Shown here in pieces: positions 34,670 through 49,353 of a stretch of DNA of 51,123 bases (position 1 is its first letter; every line of letters starts with the position of its first letter). The notes beneath the pieces were generated by a model that was given only the letters and a program-made list of their open reading frames with translations, was not told the DNA's origin and did no database searches. The position numbers and the translations under genes were made by a program. Source of the DNA: Octopus bimaculoides (taxonomy: Eukaryota); the NCBI RefSeq assembly GCF_001194135.2, contig NC_068984.1:58397490-58448612 (forward strand), written 5' to 3'.

Positions 34670-35618
34670 CACCAGCATTGAAAACAAATCTAGGTCAGGA
34701 AGCCCTTCTGTTGTGAAAGATGAGGCCTTGCTTGAAATGGTTGAATAACAGCCAAGCACAAGCACTTGTACATTGTCAGTAGAAGTCGGTCCTTTATGAA
34801 GCACTATCAATCAACATCTCCATAAACTTGGCTTTGAGAACAGATACTGTTGAGAAGCACCCAATGAACTGTCCAATGACTAGGCTCAACAACATGTAAA
34901 CATTTGCAAACAACTGCTGGCAGTTCCTCAAGATTCCCTGTTTTTGGTATAGCATTATGACTGGGGATGAAAAATGGATCTATTTTCATAATCTTAATAA
35001 AAGAAATCAGCGACATTGTTCTGGTGAGGCTTCAGAACCTGTTCTCAAACAAGGTGGGTTGAACAGGTCGTGCTTTGAGTTTGGTGGAATTTCAGTGGGG
35101 TGTTGTACTTTGAGTTTGTCGCAGACGGTCATGCAATGAATGCTAACCATTATGCTCAACAACTGCAGTGAGTATATGAGGCTTTGAAAGCCCACTAAAT
35201 GGCATTGTTCAATCAAAGATGTGCACTCCTATAGCATGACAATGTTCCAAGCACATATTGCCAATGTGAACAAGTGCAGACTTAAGGAACTTGAGGGCTG
35301 CAAGTGCTGCCTCACCCTGCCTACAGTCCAAGCTTTGCACTATCATATTACCCCTTTCCTGAGCCATGGCTCACTTACTGCACAGACAGAAATTCAATAA
35401 TATGGATAAGGTTGAAAATGGTTGCAGAGAATTTTTTGCTTCTAAACCAGCCAAATGGTATGGTATAAGCATGGGCTTGAGCTTTTGGTACAATGATGGC
35501 AACAGACAATAAAATATAATAGGATATATTTTTGATGAATAAATGCTTTTTGTATGTAATTTATCTGAACTATTAATTAAAGTTTGAAATAGAAAAAATC
35601 TTTTGATTCAACATGATA
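34670..35618 (+). pseudogene. Mariner transposase remnant with 3' TIR, intronic
   Basis: MTGDEKWIYFHN, WWNFSGVLYFEFV, LL*HDNVP, VLPHPAYSPSFA and EFFASKP; TIR-like TTTTGATTCAACATGA-TA. Confidence 0.9.
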
Positions 35619-35920
35619 CAATTATATACAATGAATTTCTGCAGTTTCCAACAACTAAATTTTACTGACAACTGACAAAGTTTTGGCCAATGCTATGTGG
35701 TAGAAGATATATGCTCATCTGTCATATGGCTGTGAAATGAACCTGCTAATCAGACAACCATGTCTGCACCTACAAGTATATGTCATCCTTGTTTTAAAAA
35801 AATCAATGGTTTATCTGTCTCACATGTCCATTGCAATGAATATTTTTACTGTCTCACAACAGACACAATTTTGTATAATGTAATATACTATGCAGTATAA
35901 CAGGTGCAAATATAACTATA

Positions 35921-36085
35921 GGAGCAGGTGTGACTATGTGGATAAGAAGCTTGCTTCCCAACCACGTGCTCAAGAGTTCAGTCCCACTGTGCAGCACCTT
36001 GGGAAAATGTCTTCTAGTAAAGCCCCAGGGCAACAAAATTCATGTGAGTGGAATTGGTAGATGGAAACTGAAAGAAGCCCATCAT
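35921..36085 (+). mobile_element. tRNA-derived SINE with (TA)n tail
   Basis: Homologous to 4936-5095. Confidence 0.85.
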
Positions 36086-36124
36086 ATTCATATATGTATA
36101 TATATGTATATATATATATGTATA

Positions 36125-36165
<41 letters not shown>

Positions 36166-38039
36166 NNNNNNNNNNNNNNNNNNNNNNNNNNNNNNNNNNN
36201 NNNNNNNNNNNNNNNNNNNNNNNNNNNNNNNNNNNNNNNNNNNNNNNNNNNNNNNNNNNNNNNNNNNNNNNNNNNNNNNNNNNNNNNNNNNNNNNNNNNN
36301 NNNNNNNNNNNNNNNNNNNNNNNNNNNNNNNNNNNNNNNNNNNNNNNNNNNNNNNNNNNNNNNNNNNNNNNNNNNNNNNNNNNNNNNNNNNNNNNNNNNN
36401 NNNNNNNNNNNNNNNNNNNNNNNNNNNNNNNNNNNNNNNNNNNNNNNNNNNNNNNNNNNNNNNNNNNNNNNNNNNNNNNNNNNNNNNNNNNNNNNNNNNN
36501 NNNNNNNNNNNNNNNNNNNNNNNNNNNNNNNNNNNNNNNNNNNNNNNNNNNNNNNNNNNNNNNNNNNNNNNNNNNNNNNNNNNNNNNNNNNNNNNNNNNN
36601 NNNNNNNNNNNNNNNNNNNNNNNNNNNNNNNNNNNNNNNNNNNNNNNNNNNNNNNNNNNNNNNNNNNNNNNNNNNNNNNNNNNNNNNNNNNNNNNNNNNN
36701 NNNNNNNNNNNNNNNNNNNNNNNNNNNNNNNNNNNNNNNNNNNNNNNNNNNNNNNNNNNNNNNNNNNNNNNNNNNNNNNNNNNNNNNNNNNNNNNNNNNN
36801 NNNNNNNNNNNNNNNNNNNNNNNNNNNNNNNNNNNNNNNNNNNNNNNNNNNNNNNNNNNNNNNNNNNNNNNNNNNNNNNNNNNNNNNNNNTATATATATG
36901 TATATATATATATGTATATGTATGTATGCTTGTCTAGACATCACACAATAGTTGTAAATGGGCATCATCATCATCATGCATGTCATTTATTTCCAATCTG
37001 CCATGGAAAACATATTGTTTGGAAAACAAATGAGGGTTGATGACAGAAAGGGTATCCAGCCATAAAAGTCTCCTGCTACAAATTCTGTTTGACCCTTACA
37101 TGCATGGTAGAGTAGATGTCAAATGATGATGATGATATATATATAATTTTGTGAATAAAAATACAATCAACTAACAATGTATTACACTAGGAAAATACAA
37201 GAGAGCTTCTTTCTTACAAAATTACAATGCTCCATAATTCATCTGTAATAGCATTACATCTAAAAACATTTGGAATGATTATTTAACTCCAGATTTAGAT
37301 TGATATTAGATAATGTATTATTTTCTTCCATCCTTGTGGAGTATCAGAGTGTATGGGTATGGTGATCAGAAGAATAACAATGAACTCTACCTCTCAAGAA
37401 GGTTAGCCATTTAGTATGAACTTATAAAGAGAAAGAAGCCATACAATTCCATTTCAAATACCTAAGGACAATTATTTTGTATTATTAGGAAATTTTTGAA
37501 ATAAACACAAACATTATCCAAAATGCATCTTGTGAGTATTCCTGGCATTTTGCCACCAGCTCTATCCTGCTGTCTCCCATTCACTCTCATTCTCCTGCAC
37601 TTCCCTCAGGTTGGGTAGCCATGTATTTCCTTTGTGGTAGCGCACCTGTTTCTGTTTTCTTTCCTGATCTCTCTCTCCGGCTGGGTAACCTTGTATTTCT
37701 TCTACAGCAGGACACCTGTTTTTGTCTCTCTGTCTCACTATAACTTTTCATCATCCAATACAAGATCACCTCCTTCAATGTTCTCTCTCCTTTTGAAGTT
37801 TTTTTTTTTTTTTTTTTTTTTTGTCTTGCCAGTACTTGGTGACCCTGTCAGTGCAGATGCCACTTAAAAGTGCCCAGTCCACATTGTAAAGATGGTGATG
37901 ATACTGTAGTTCTAGATACATTCTAAAAAGATAAAATAGTCACAGTTCCAGTGACATTGGTCATAGATACACTCACTCAAGGTTAAACATCAACCAACTA
38001 AAAGGCTTTACAGAATCACACATCACTCATTTGTTCATT

Positions 38040-38205
38040 CATTCACTTTGTATCACCTTTTTTCATGCTTGCATGGGTTTGCATGGAAATTCAAGCTCCA
38101 GTGACTACTTCATCATGGTTTTTATGACTGGATGCCCTACCTAATGCCAACCACTTTACAGCATGCACTGGGGCTCTTTATGTGCTACCAGCTCTAGTGA
38201 GATCA
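38040..38205 (-). mobile_element. Old (GAT)n-tail family fragment
   Basis: CATGCTTGCATGGGTTT...GACTGGATGCCCTACCTAATGCCAACCACT. Confidence 0.6.
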
Positions 38206-38351
38206 CCATGCAGATTGCAAAATTACAAACCCCAAATGGATGGGAATTGACTTTATGATAGGAGGTGAGGGGTTGAATTATGAGAGAGGAGACAGGCCAG
38301 ATTCTTGTTGTAGAGAAGCTTCATCATTACTTCCATTTAGAAGAGAAGCTA

Positions 38352-38397
<46 letters not shown>

Positions 38398-39269
38398 NNN
38401 NNNNNNNNNNNNNNNNNNNNNNNNNNNNNNNNNNNNNNNNNNNNNNNNNNNNNNNNNNNNNNNNNNNNNNNNNNNNNNNNNNNNNNNNNNNNNNNNNNNN
38501 NNNNNNNNNNNNNNNNNNNNNNNNNNNNNNNNNNNNNNNNNNNNNNNNNNNNNNNNNNNNNNNNNNNNNNNNNNNNNNNNNNNNNNNNNNNNNNNNNNNN
38601 NNNNNNNNNNNNNNNNNNNNNNNNNNNNNNNNNNNNNNNNNNNNNNNNNNNNNNNNNNNNNNNNNNNNNNNNNNNNNNNNNNNNNNNNNNNNNNNNNNNN
38701 NNNNNNNNNNNNNNNNNNNNNNNNNNNNNNNNNNNNNNNNNNNNNNNNNNNNNNNNNNNNNNNNNNNNNNNNNNNNNNNNNNNNNNNNNNNNNNNNNNNN
38801 NNNNNNNNNNNNNNNNNNNNNNNNNNNNNNNNNNNNNNNNNNATGTTCATATGATGATATCTCCACAATGTGTTGATGAGAAAAACATGTAATCGCGACC
38901 AATTTAGCAAGAGATTTCTCTGCAAAGGTCTAAAGTAGACTCCTTATGGATCGATCTCCTTGGTTATATATATATATATAAAACAAGTTTACAATATAAG
39001 AAAATTTCTGGATTTTGATCATTTTATCAACATTTAAAGAGATAATGAGAAAAAATAAAAAGAACCTCCGTTGGATTTCATCTCATAACGAGAATATCAT
39101 ATTTTGAATATTGTACAGAGTTTGTTTAATTGATGGTCCTGTTGTTCACCACAAATCTAATCCAAATAAGAACATCAAGTGAAACTGCTGAAATTTAATT
39201 CTTTTCTTCTACAAAGAAAAAATAAGCTGTTTTTTACCCTTATTCTTTCATGATGGACAGCACTTTAAT

Positions 39270-39740
39270 TCCATACTAATATCACAATTACCTGCATCAT
39301 CACAAACACCACTATCATCATTACCATCCACTTCACAACATCACCATAACCAAGAGCTAATTTCACCACCATGTCTACCACCAAAATTAACACTATCACC
39401 TTTCTCACAGGACCAATCCTACAATAACCATGATAAACACCACCACATTGACAATAACAACAACAATTATTCCAACACCATGAAAACACTCATGACTACC
39501 ACCACCATCACCCTGTCAACACTGCTTGACCTGCATAAAAGACAAAGAAAGGGCACATTGGATAAATTAGTCCTAGATATACAAAGACATGGATGGACAT
39601 GATTGGACTTCCTTTGATCATAGGTCTAGAAGATCAGAGTTGACCATAGGCTAAACAGCAGCTTCAACAACAACACTACCATCAACTTCACTATCACCAT
39701 CGTCATCACCGCCACAATCATCACCTCTCCCACTCCCACC
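39270..39740. repeat. Degenerate (CAC/CAT/CAA)n low-complexity tract with an embedded SINE fragment
   Basis: Read directly; 39540-39660 resembles the 11560 family. Confidence 0.7.
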
Positions 39741-40226
39741 ACAACAGGACAAAGTAAAATGCATATGATTAGGTAAAATGTGAAGTGGGTGGGTGGGGNN
39801 NNNNNNNNNNNNNNNNNNNNNNNNNNNNNNNNNNNNNNNNNNNNNNNNNNNNNNNNNNNNNNNNNNNNNNNNNNNNNNNNNNNNNNNNNNNNNNNNNNNN
39901 NNNNNNNNNNNNNNNNNNNNNNNNNNNNNNNNNNNNNNNNNNNNNNNNNNNNNNNNNNNNNNNNNNNNNNNNNNNNNNNNNNNNNNNNNNNNNNNNNNNN
40001 NNNNNNNNNNNNNNNNNNNNNNNNNNNNNNNNNNNNNNNNNNNAACAGGTAACTAACAAAGACCTGCTGCTCCCTCTGCTACAGAAACCCTGTCCCAAAG
40101 CAATTTCTGACTGACTAATAATGAATGACAAGTAATCAATGTTACTAATGCTTTTCAATAAATGGTGGTGGCTTAAATGTTCTGTCGTTTATTGTCACTT
40201 CCATAATATGTCTCTGTAAATCATGA

Positions 40227-40260
<34 letters not shown>

Positions 40261-40934
40261 CTGGGTGTATGTGCATGTGTGTGTATGTATAACTAACCAA
40301 ATAGTGTGTGTTATACAAAATCAAATTGGAAAAGAATATACAACAAAGAACTGCTTTCATAGATATACATCGGTATATACATACATACAAACACACACAC
40401 ACATGTATGCACACTTGCACATATACACAAATACACATGTGTGGGTGAGTAAATGTAAATATATATGAATGCATGTATGTATATATGATGTGTGCATGCG
40501 TACTCAGACACATAAGAATAACCAGGTTTAGTTTGGAAGTGTGTCTCTGTACATGTGTTTTTATTGATGCTTCTTTGGTGAGCCAATGCGTATGTATTAA
40601 CTGGTCATAAAATGCTTTGTTAGTCAGTAAAGTTAATCACAATTCGTCTCTATCCTACACAATCCACCAGCAACGATACATTAGAATAAATCTAATTATG
40701 TCCTATCCTTACAGATTTTACTCACGAGAGAGAATTTTGTTTGAAGAGTGTACTATTTCAATTTTACCATGCTAGAGCCATTTCACTATTGAAAAGCTGC
40801 CTCTATACATTTATAAATATTCATTATATGGTATATTGTTTACAAAACCATTAACCACAGTTGATTGTCTTGTACACAATCCTTCAACTCTTCTATTTTA
40901 ATTAGATTAATCATGGATCTCTTATTCTTTTATT

Positions 40935-41135
40935 TGTTTAAGTCATTTGACTACGGCCATGCTGGCGCATTGTTTTTTAGTCGAAGAAATCGACCCCAGG
41001 ACTTATTCTTTGTAAGCCTGGTTCTTTTTTCTATTGTTTTTTTTTACCAAACTGGTAAGTTACAGGGACATCAGACGCACCAACATCAGTTGCCAAGCAA
41101 TGGCAGCAGGGACAAACACAGATACACACATTGCA
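40935..41135 (-). mobile_element. SINE 3' portion, intronic, CpG-decayed
   Basis: Reverse-complement homologue of 10545-10762. Confidence 0.85.
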
Positions 41136-41282
41136 AAGATAATCTGGAACTTGACTGAGGAAAGAAAACTCCGAATGACCTGTCCTTGTTTTCTTTGTAA
41201 TGTCTATCTGGATGTTTTTTTGTCCCTTTTTTGTATCACCTAACTGTCTGGATGTTTTGTGTTCTTGTCCAATTTTGTATTT

Positions 41283-41360
<78 letters not shown>

Positions 41361-41365
41361 CATAC

Positions 41366-41500
41366 ACAATGGGCTTCTTTCAGTTTCCATCTACCAAATC
41401 CACTTACAAGGCTTTGGTCAGCCTGAGGCTACAGTCAAAGACACTTGCCCAAGGTGCCATGCAGGTTGGAAAGCAAGCTCTTTACCACACAGCCACACTT
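41366..41500 (-). mobile_element. tRNA-derived SINE, intronic
   Basis: GGGCTTCTTTCAGTTTCCATCTACCAAATCC...CACTTGCCCAAGGTGCC...ACCACACAGCCAC. Confidence 0.85.
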
Positions 41501-42055
41501 GTAACTTATATTAATTTAAAGCACATAACATACATGGTTAAAGTGAATCCTAAACAAGTTTGGGTTTAAAAGCTATAGTTCTGACAGTGTGGCTTTCTTA
41601 TATTATTTATTAAAGAAGTTACAAACAATTAGGCAAAACACAAAACTTACAAAATTAAAAGAGGTTGTTCTCATCAAAAAGTTACCAACTTAAAAGGATA
41701 TGAAAAAAATTCTTTAAATACTAAGAAAGAAAATCAGGAATATTTTTATTTACCAGTTATAAAAATCTAAAACACATCAAAGTTAAAACTAAAAGATTGA
41801 ACACTTAAAGCAACTTAGCAAATAGCTATTTTAGAAAAATGAAACTATCAGAAAACCAATCCTTTTCCAGATTTAAACATTGAATGTACAATTTAAGTGA
41901 ATGTAAGGTAAAAGATTATATTCAATGAAATAAAAATTATATTATAAAATGTGGAAAAGTCTATCCCAAAGGAAAATGCAAAACCATATTTACTAACATC
42001 TTATTTTTAGAAACAAAATTACTTCTACCAGAACCCTCTCATTAGAATACCTTAA

Positions 42056-42275
42056 CTCTTTAGCATTCAGATTACTTTGTCAAATGTAATGATTATTTAT
42101 TCACATTCTTTAAAGTTAGAACTGTGTTGTCTTGCAGCTTTAAGATTTCAAAGTTATGACTGTTTATTTTTAGAATGACATTGCAGGGTATGTGTGAGAG
42201 ACCGAATCTGGTCAGTTTGAAGATAAAACAGGTAGAATATTTGGGCCAGATATGGCCATTTTAAATGCTAAAGGT
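42056..42275 (-). mobile_element. piggyBac-type MITE
   Basis: TTAA-CTCTTTAGCATT...AATGCTAAAGGT-TTAA. Confidence 0.85.
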
Positions 42276-42689
42276 TTAAATTTGATTATTTGATTTCAGA
42301 ACAAAGAACAAAAATAGTTAAATTAATATCTGTGAAATTGGAAATTCAACATCGTATTTCAATTTACATTAAGCTGAAATCAGTACATTTAAACCAACTC
42401 ATATAGGTTAGCATTAATTTTAACATGATATCCCAGCATGGCCAACGCCATGTGGCTGAAACCAAAAAGAAGCAAAAAGATTATCAAAGATTTCCATCTT
42501 ATATTCATAGCCTTAAGTTCACGTATAGCAATGTAGATGCTATAGGTTAGCTTTACCTATGCCAGGATACATGGTGATGCTTTGTTACTCAAAATACTAT
42601 ATATTCTTTTTAAAATTATAATACAACTGAATATAAATGATGCATGCATATTAATAGAATTTCCTCTCATATGACCCAATCCTAAAATG

Positions 42690-44215
42690 GAATTAAAATG
42701 GTTCCCATGAGAACAGATCAACATTACTGCAGATCCTTACCCTTAGAAGAATCATAGAGGATATCAGAATCTCCAAGTACAAAAAACATCAATTGTATTT
42801 GTGGATTTCTTCAAGGCATTTGACAGTGTCAACAGGAGAGTACATACTGTTTTGAAATATGGTATCTCAGATGATATGGTCAAAGCCATCACCACTATGT
42901 ATAAAAACTCATCAAGGTCTGTGTAAAGCATAAATGATCCAAGAGGAATACCCCAGGGAGACTCTAGCTCCTTTTCATTTTATGATTGTAAGTGGACCAC
43001 ATCATTAGTCAATGTTTTGATCCAATCCAAAGATCTCATCATCAAGCTGAAGCAATCAAAACAACAGCAGAGCTTGTATCTCTGATAGGGATTATGTTGA
43101 TGATTTTCCCCTCATGGCTCATCAACCATGTAATGCACAAGACTTGTGAATATTCCTTGAGAATACTGCAACTAAAGTTGGCCTGTTTCTCAATACAAAG
43201 ATGACAGGATACATGGCCATCAATGAAAATGAAAGTCAGCTGCCAATTTGTTTGAACGATGGCATCTAACTCAAGAGAGTCAAAAATTTCAAATACCTTG
43301 ATCTTTTGCAACCAATCTGCCTGAGACTACCCCTGGTTCTATGGTACAGACTCCTTGTTTTAACCCTTTAGCATTTAAACTGGCCATATCCGACCCAAAT
43401 ATTCTACCTCCTTTATGTTCAAACTGGTCAGATCCAGCCTCTCATACCTATCTGACAATGTCATTCTTAAAATAAACAGTCACATCATTGAAATCTTAAA
43501 GCAATGAGATAAAGGATGATGAACTCAAAAGAATGTGAATAAATATGTATTACATTTGACAGAATAATGTTAATGCTAAAGGGTTAATGGGATCTAAATT
43601 AACACTTCCATAAAAAAATTTCTTGCTAATTTATGTTCTGAATATTAGCTTAACAATGACAGTTATTTTACAAAATTCTTCATTATTTTCAAAATTAATT
43701 GAAACAAAATCAGTGTAATTCAGAGATATGGCAACAAAAGGGTTCAATCCTATGTTGCTGAAAGTACTGTAAGAAAGACTTCCTGACATGTAAGGGATAA
43801 GCCTGGGGTACTTGCAACAAACTTCTGAATATCTAGGAATCAAACAGCACAAAGTCAATAAGACCTGGTCTTCTTCAGGGCATGTGTAGAGAACATTCTT
43901 CTCTATGGAGTTGAAACCTGAACTTTGATGAAGGAGCTTCAAAATCAAATTAAACCAAAAATGAGATTTATGGGTACATTCTACCCATCCCTACTATTTT
44001 TGTTCAATGCAAGGTAGTATTTGCTGACCATTGCTTAAATACTGAACAAAACAAACCATAATTTGATGCCATACTTTGGAAACTTCCACACCCTGAGAGA
44101 AGATGAAGACCACTAAACTCCCTTGATGTTGTTGGCAGAGAAACATAACATGAAACTAAGGACCTACCAAAGTTAATGGGGGGACTAAGATTCCTGGTGT
44201 ATCGTGGCAAAATAC
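42690..44215 (+). pseudogene. RTE/RTEX-type LINE RT remnant, interrupted by a piggyBac MITE
   Basis: VFVDFFKAFDSVNR, QGD-TLAPF, DYVDD, VGLFLNTK, RVKNFKYL and FFRACVENILLYGVET*TL; many lesions. Confidence 0.88.
43364..43583 (+). mobile_element. piggyBac-type MITE, best-preserved copy
   Basis: TTAA-CCCTTTAGCATT...AATGCTAAAGGG-TTAA: perfect 12-bp TIR and TTAA TSD. Confidence 0.92.
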
Positions 44216-45761
44216 AACTCAGATGCAGTCACTAGAAGATGTATTTATAAATGGTTAAAGTCACTATCAAGATGCATGATCTAGTTTCAGTATACAATTC
44301 CATATCAAACATCTTGACATGGAAGCAGAACAAAAGAACTTTATCTTTAGATATTTTTCTTCAGCTTTTATATGATTAGAAATTTCAAACTAATAAAATT
44401 AAGTTTTCTTAACCAGGATTAAATGCAGAAAAAAAAAAAAAAATTGAAATCAGAACATAAACTCAATATTGAAACTAAAGCCAACAGGAAATATTTCCTT
44501 TGAAATTAAAGCTTCAATAAAAATTGATTTAAGCTTTAATTTCAGTCTCATTTTAAAAACATATTTTGATTTTATTCACCACAGGATTTGTTTCAGTTTA
44601 TGAAAGCATCAGCTTTATATCATTCTGTAATTTTAAATTAGAAGAAAAGAAAAGTAACTGGGGCTAAAATTTGAACTGAAATTTCTATTTCTAATTTGTT
44701 TACATTTTTAAAGTTTTATTTTTTTAATTCTAGTGTACAGTTGTTTCTCTGTTTTTCTAATATAAATGATATAATTGAAGTATAATGGATCCAACCAGTG
44801 ATCACAATATTCTGCAAAGCCAAAACCAAATATGTCTAACAGAATCTGATTGTGTTAGTACAATTATAATTTTTCAAACTATTAATCTAACATCATTAAC
44901 AAGTTGTAGAAGCCTGAAGAAGATTGGAAACCAAATCAATCAGAACATGGTGCAAATGTAAATATTGTATAAACATTTATTCTCAAGAAATAAAGTTTGA
45001 AAAATCAATGAATTCAAAGATCTATGAGAAGAAAAAAGCTAAATTGTGAGGTTTGTGTGGTCCCCAAGCAATATTTGGCATAATGATTTCAGATTCTACT
45101 GCTTTACTTTGATAATAATGGTTTGTAATTTGGTTTCAAATTTAGGCCCAAGGTTTCAAATTTTGAACACTGGCATAGTTGAATTACAATCATATATACA
45201 ACATCAATTTCCTGGAACGATTAGTTCTAAACCGGGGGTAGTCACTTCTAAATTAAACAAATATTAAATTTACTTAGATAATTAAATTAAACACAAGTAC
45301 CTGTACATGGTACTGTGAAACAGAGACACCCAGTACACTAGTCTGGTAGCTGCAGGAATTTGAAGTTCCTGCTCATGAATCAGCATGGGTTATAAGAGGT
45401 TCTGGACTATCAAGGTCCAGAAAGTCAGTGTTGTATTTGTACTAGACAGTTTCTGTCAAGTACTTATTATTATATAACCCTTAAAAGATAAAAAGCAAAG
45501 TCAACTTCAGCAGCCTTTTTGATAACTTGCAATGTAAAAGGCTATAACTAAATAAAATAGGGCAATTTAGCCAAATCTCTAACAACCCTGTCAATTAATA
45601 ATAATGTCCACAAGAAATAGTCAGCAAAAGGTATTTTCATTTATAGTGCAATATATAATGTGTATGTATACTTATATATAAATATAAATGTAAGAATGTA
45701 TATATAAATATTATACATATATGTATGCATGTATTTATACATATGTGTGTGAGTGTGTGTG

Positions 45762-45834
<73 letters not shown>

Positions 45835-47041
45835 ACACAATATGCTAAAAATACCCTGTGTTATTTGATTACATTCCTGTAACATCCTTTTGTGCTCACA
45901 TCAACTTTACTGCAGCACCTTATGAGGATGATAAAAACATAAATACCTAACAAAGTATTCAAGTTGATACAATTGACCAAAAAATCCACAAAAACAATGC
46001 TCCAGCATAGCCACAGTTTAATGCTTGAAACCAGCTTATATATACTTTTAGAATAAAAGAATATTTAAACTAATCTTTAGAAAAATGAAATAAAACCTAA
46101 AAGAATTCATTTTATTTCTAAGGATTTTTGTTCTCAAGAAAAAAAAAATGTCCAAAAAACATATTAGATTTAAAAGCTACAATATAATATGCATTCAGCA
46201 CACTGAAGAATGTTACTTAGTTATTTATAATAGAAGGTCTTATAGAATCAATATTATAGAATATAGGACAGCATAATGCCATTAATGGAGATGCTTTTAA
46301 CACAAAAAAGCAATATATCTAATAAGTTGAATCATTCTTTAGAAGTATTTACAAATAATAATGATCATCAACAAAGAAGTTAATGGCAAGTATTATCACC
46401 ATGTTGTCAATCACATCACTTTCGATGGTACAAACTAAAAATTTTACTTTAAAGAAAAAAAAAAAGAAGAAAGAGAACAAGCCTAATGCCAGCCAGAGGA
46501 GAAATAGAAAAAAAAAACTGAAGAATAATGATGCATAGAAGCTAAAAAGATTTTTAGAAAAACTATTACAAAAATTTATTTGATGCGTTATTATGCATTG
46601 TATTATATTATACTATTATGTATTATATATATTATATATATANNNNNNNNNNNNNNNNNNNNNNNNNNNNNNNNNNNNNNNNNNNNNNNNNNNNNNNNNN
46701 NNNNNNNTATATGTATATACACATTATCCACAATAGCTGAATTCTGAGAGAGATACATTAGAACTAACAAGTAATTAATCTATCTATCTATCTTCATCAC
46801 ATACAAACATTCCTAGAAGTATTTACAGCAAAGTTACATAAGAATGATCAGGTAATGATGAAGAAATCATTTTGAAAAGAAGCAACTTAAATCTAATGAG
46901 TGGTGTGAGTTTATTCTATCTATATTGATAGAGTAGTAGAATATGACAACCAGGAATCTTAGCTGTGGATAAAGCAATTCGGAAAGCAACCAATACAATC
47001 AAGAAGTAGAGATTTACTGCAAAATAGGAGTGAAGAGAAGA

Positions 47042-47088
<47 letters not shown>

Positions 47089-47938
47089 AATTGTTACTAT
47101 GAAGGTTGTTTATAAGCATGCATGTATGTGCCTACATGTATGTAAGTGTAAAATACCAAGTTTACAGAATTCATAATTGTCTGGGTTAGTTGTACAGAGA
47201 AAGCAGAGCATACAGCTGTAAACATACAGTATAACAATGTAAGATGGAGAGAAAGAGAGAGAGAGAGGGGAGGAGTGAGAGAGAGAGAGAAAAGATAAAG
47301 CGGTAGTAAACACCTGTTCATAACAGATGAAAAAGATACAAAAACAAAGCCTTAAGTACATACAGTAAGGAATATTGTAATTAAAGATCTAAATATGAAT
47401 GAGAAAATAACAGTAAAGAATAATGAAAACAAGGAAATGTGGCCAGAATTTGGCAGTTAAATCTTATAGACAGTTCAAGTGCTATCAGTTTCGTTTTATT
47501 AGACGCAAATATTGTAGGTAGGAGAGGGTTACAATCAAGTAAATCAACCCCAGTATATTACTGTTACTTATGTTTTTTTTCTTCTTTCCACCACCCCTCA
47601 CTCTCATCACCTCCTGAATGGAGACAAGAGAAGCCGACTGCTTTAACAGGATTTGAACTCAGGAGAGTGGGATTATAAATTAGTTGTGGTATAGTCAAGT
47701 CTCCTATCTAACAATATTTTACCATTTGTTGCAGGTCATAGGGAGCAGTCAAAGACAAAGTGGGTTTGTCTAAGAAGTCAATTCATAACAACTTAATGAA
47801 CTATCTTTACATGTCTTCTGTACAGATGGTTTAAGAGCTTACAGACCTTTGATTTTAATAAAAAAATATTATATAAAGAGCAGAAAGGAAAGAAATAAAA
47901 AGATATTCTCATGTGCCTATGTATATGTATAAATGTAT

Positions 47939-47979
<41 letters not shown>

Positions 47980-48339
47980 ACACAAACGTACATAGAGAGA
48001 AACCAGAAAAAAAAAAATATACAGCAAACACCAGAAGTGAGAGAAAATGGATTGAAAGTCAAGTTAAGAGGAATCACTTACCCAAACAACCGAGAAGAAA
48101 AGAAGAAAGTAAATGATGTTTAAGGGACAGGAATTTACTAGAATCTAATAATCGTTTGTGTCTAATAGTCTTTCAATTTGAATTTTTTCCTAAAAATATG
48201 AATAAAATGCTTTACACAAATTAAAGCATTGAAGCTAAAATTTCAAGAGCTAGTTGAAAATTCCATTGTAGAAAAAAAAGATTTGTGTGTGCATTTATTT
48301 ACATATATATATATATATATATGAATGATAATAACCTTA

Positions 48340-49280
48340 CTTACTCACACATTTCTACTGTTGTTATTGTTACTGGAGTTATTGCTGCTGCTGCTTCTTA
48401 TGTTGTTATCACTGCTAATAATAATGATAATAATAGTGTTGTTGTTATCGCTGCTGCTGCTGCTAAGATGTGTTCATCTTCATTTGACTTTTTCCAAGAA
48501 CTGCTACCATATTCCTGCTGGTTTTGCCTGCATGAAGAACTACATCTCTGCTACTACTGCTGCTGTTTTTACAACTGCTGCTGCTGCTTCTGTTACAACA
48601 ACTACTACTACCACTGCTGCTGCTGCTGCAATGTTAGCTGAGCTGATCACAAAGAACCAGGAACACCTTCAGGACTGACTGTAATTAATGCCAACTTTAC
48701 CCTCTCCTGCTGTCCCCAACTAACTATGCTTCCCCACTCCAACATATTACACTGTCTATTACTCAGCCACTAAGACTAGCCATAGCAGTAGTGGTAGTAG
48801 CAGCAGCAGCAACAGATGTAGTAGCAGCACTAACAGTTATAGTATTAATTGTAGCAGTAGCAGTTATAGTAGTAGTAGTAGTAGTAGTAGTGGCAGTAGT
48901 AGTAGTAGTAGTAGCATAGATGACAGTAAATGGCAGAGATGAGGGGAGGAGGGAGGCAGAGAGAGATAGAGTAATACGAGAGTAGGAGGAAGGGGAGGTG
49001 AAATAATTGTTGTGCAAGTGATAATGCAGTGTGCTATAATAGTTGATTGAATATTTGGTCATGTGACCTAGTATTTATACCTAAAGAGAGCTGGTATCAC
49101 CTCAAATTACTCACAGGTAGTAGTAGTGGTGGTGGTGGTGGTGGTAGAAATAGTAGTACTAGAAGTAGCAGTAGTAGTGGTTATGGTGGTAGTAGTTGTA
49201 ATAGAATATTAGTTGCAGTTGTAGTGGTTACTAACAGCTGTTGTAGTTTTAACTGCAGTAGTAGAAGTAGCAGCAGTTAG
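48340..49280. repeat. Extended mixed trinucleotide low-complexity region (CTG/TAG/GTA/GGT)
   Basis: Read directly; the minus-strand frames I translated (48340-48690) contain stops. Confidence 0.8.
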
Positions 49281-49321
49281 GGGAAACATCCTTAACTTTA
49301 AGTTCCCCCCAACCAGCACCA

Positions 49322-49353
<32 letters not shown>

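Noticed and set aside
40044-40110. Minus-strand LGQGFCSRGSSRSLLVTC next to a gap as the start of PHD1
   Set aside because: It lacks the first Cys of C-x2-C and has a weak acceptor; unresolved without the gap sequence.
47159-47217. Minus-strand CMLCFLCTTNPDNYEFCKL as a candidate exon
   Set aside because: Cys spacing does not fit a DPF PHD1, the donor (GTATTT) is weak and the phase does not match the 34558 exon.
48285-49280. Poly-Ala/Thr/Ser/Leu ORFs as a low-complexity coding exon
   Set aside because: Degenerate trinucleotide repeats; the minus-strand frames examined have stops and no credible splice pair.
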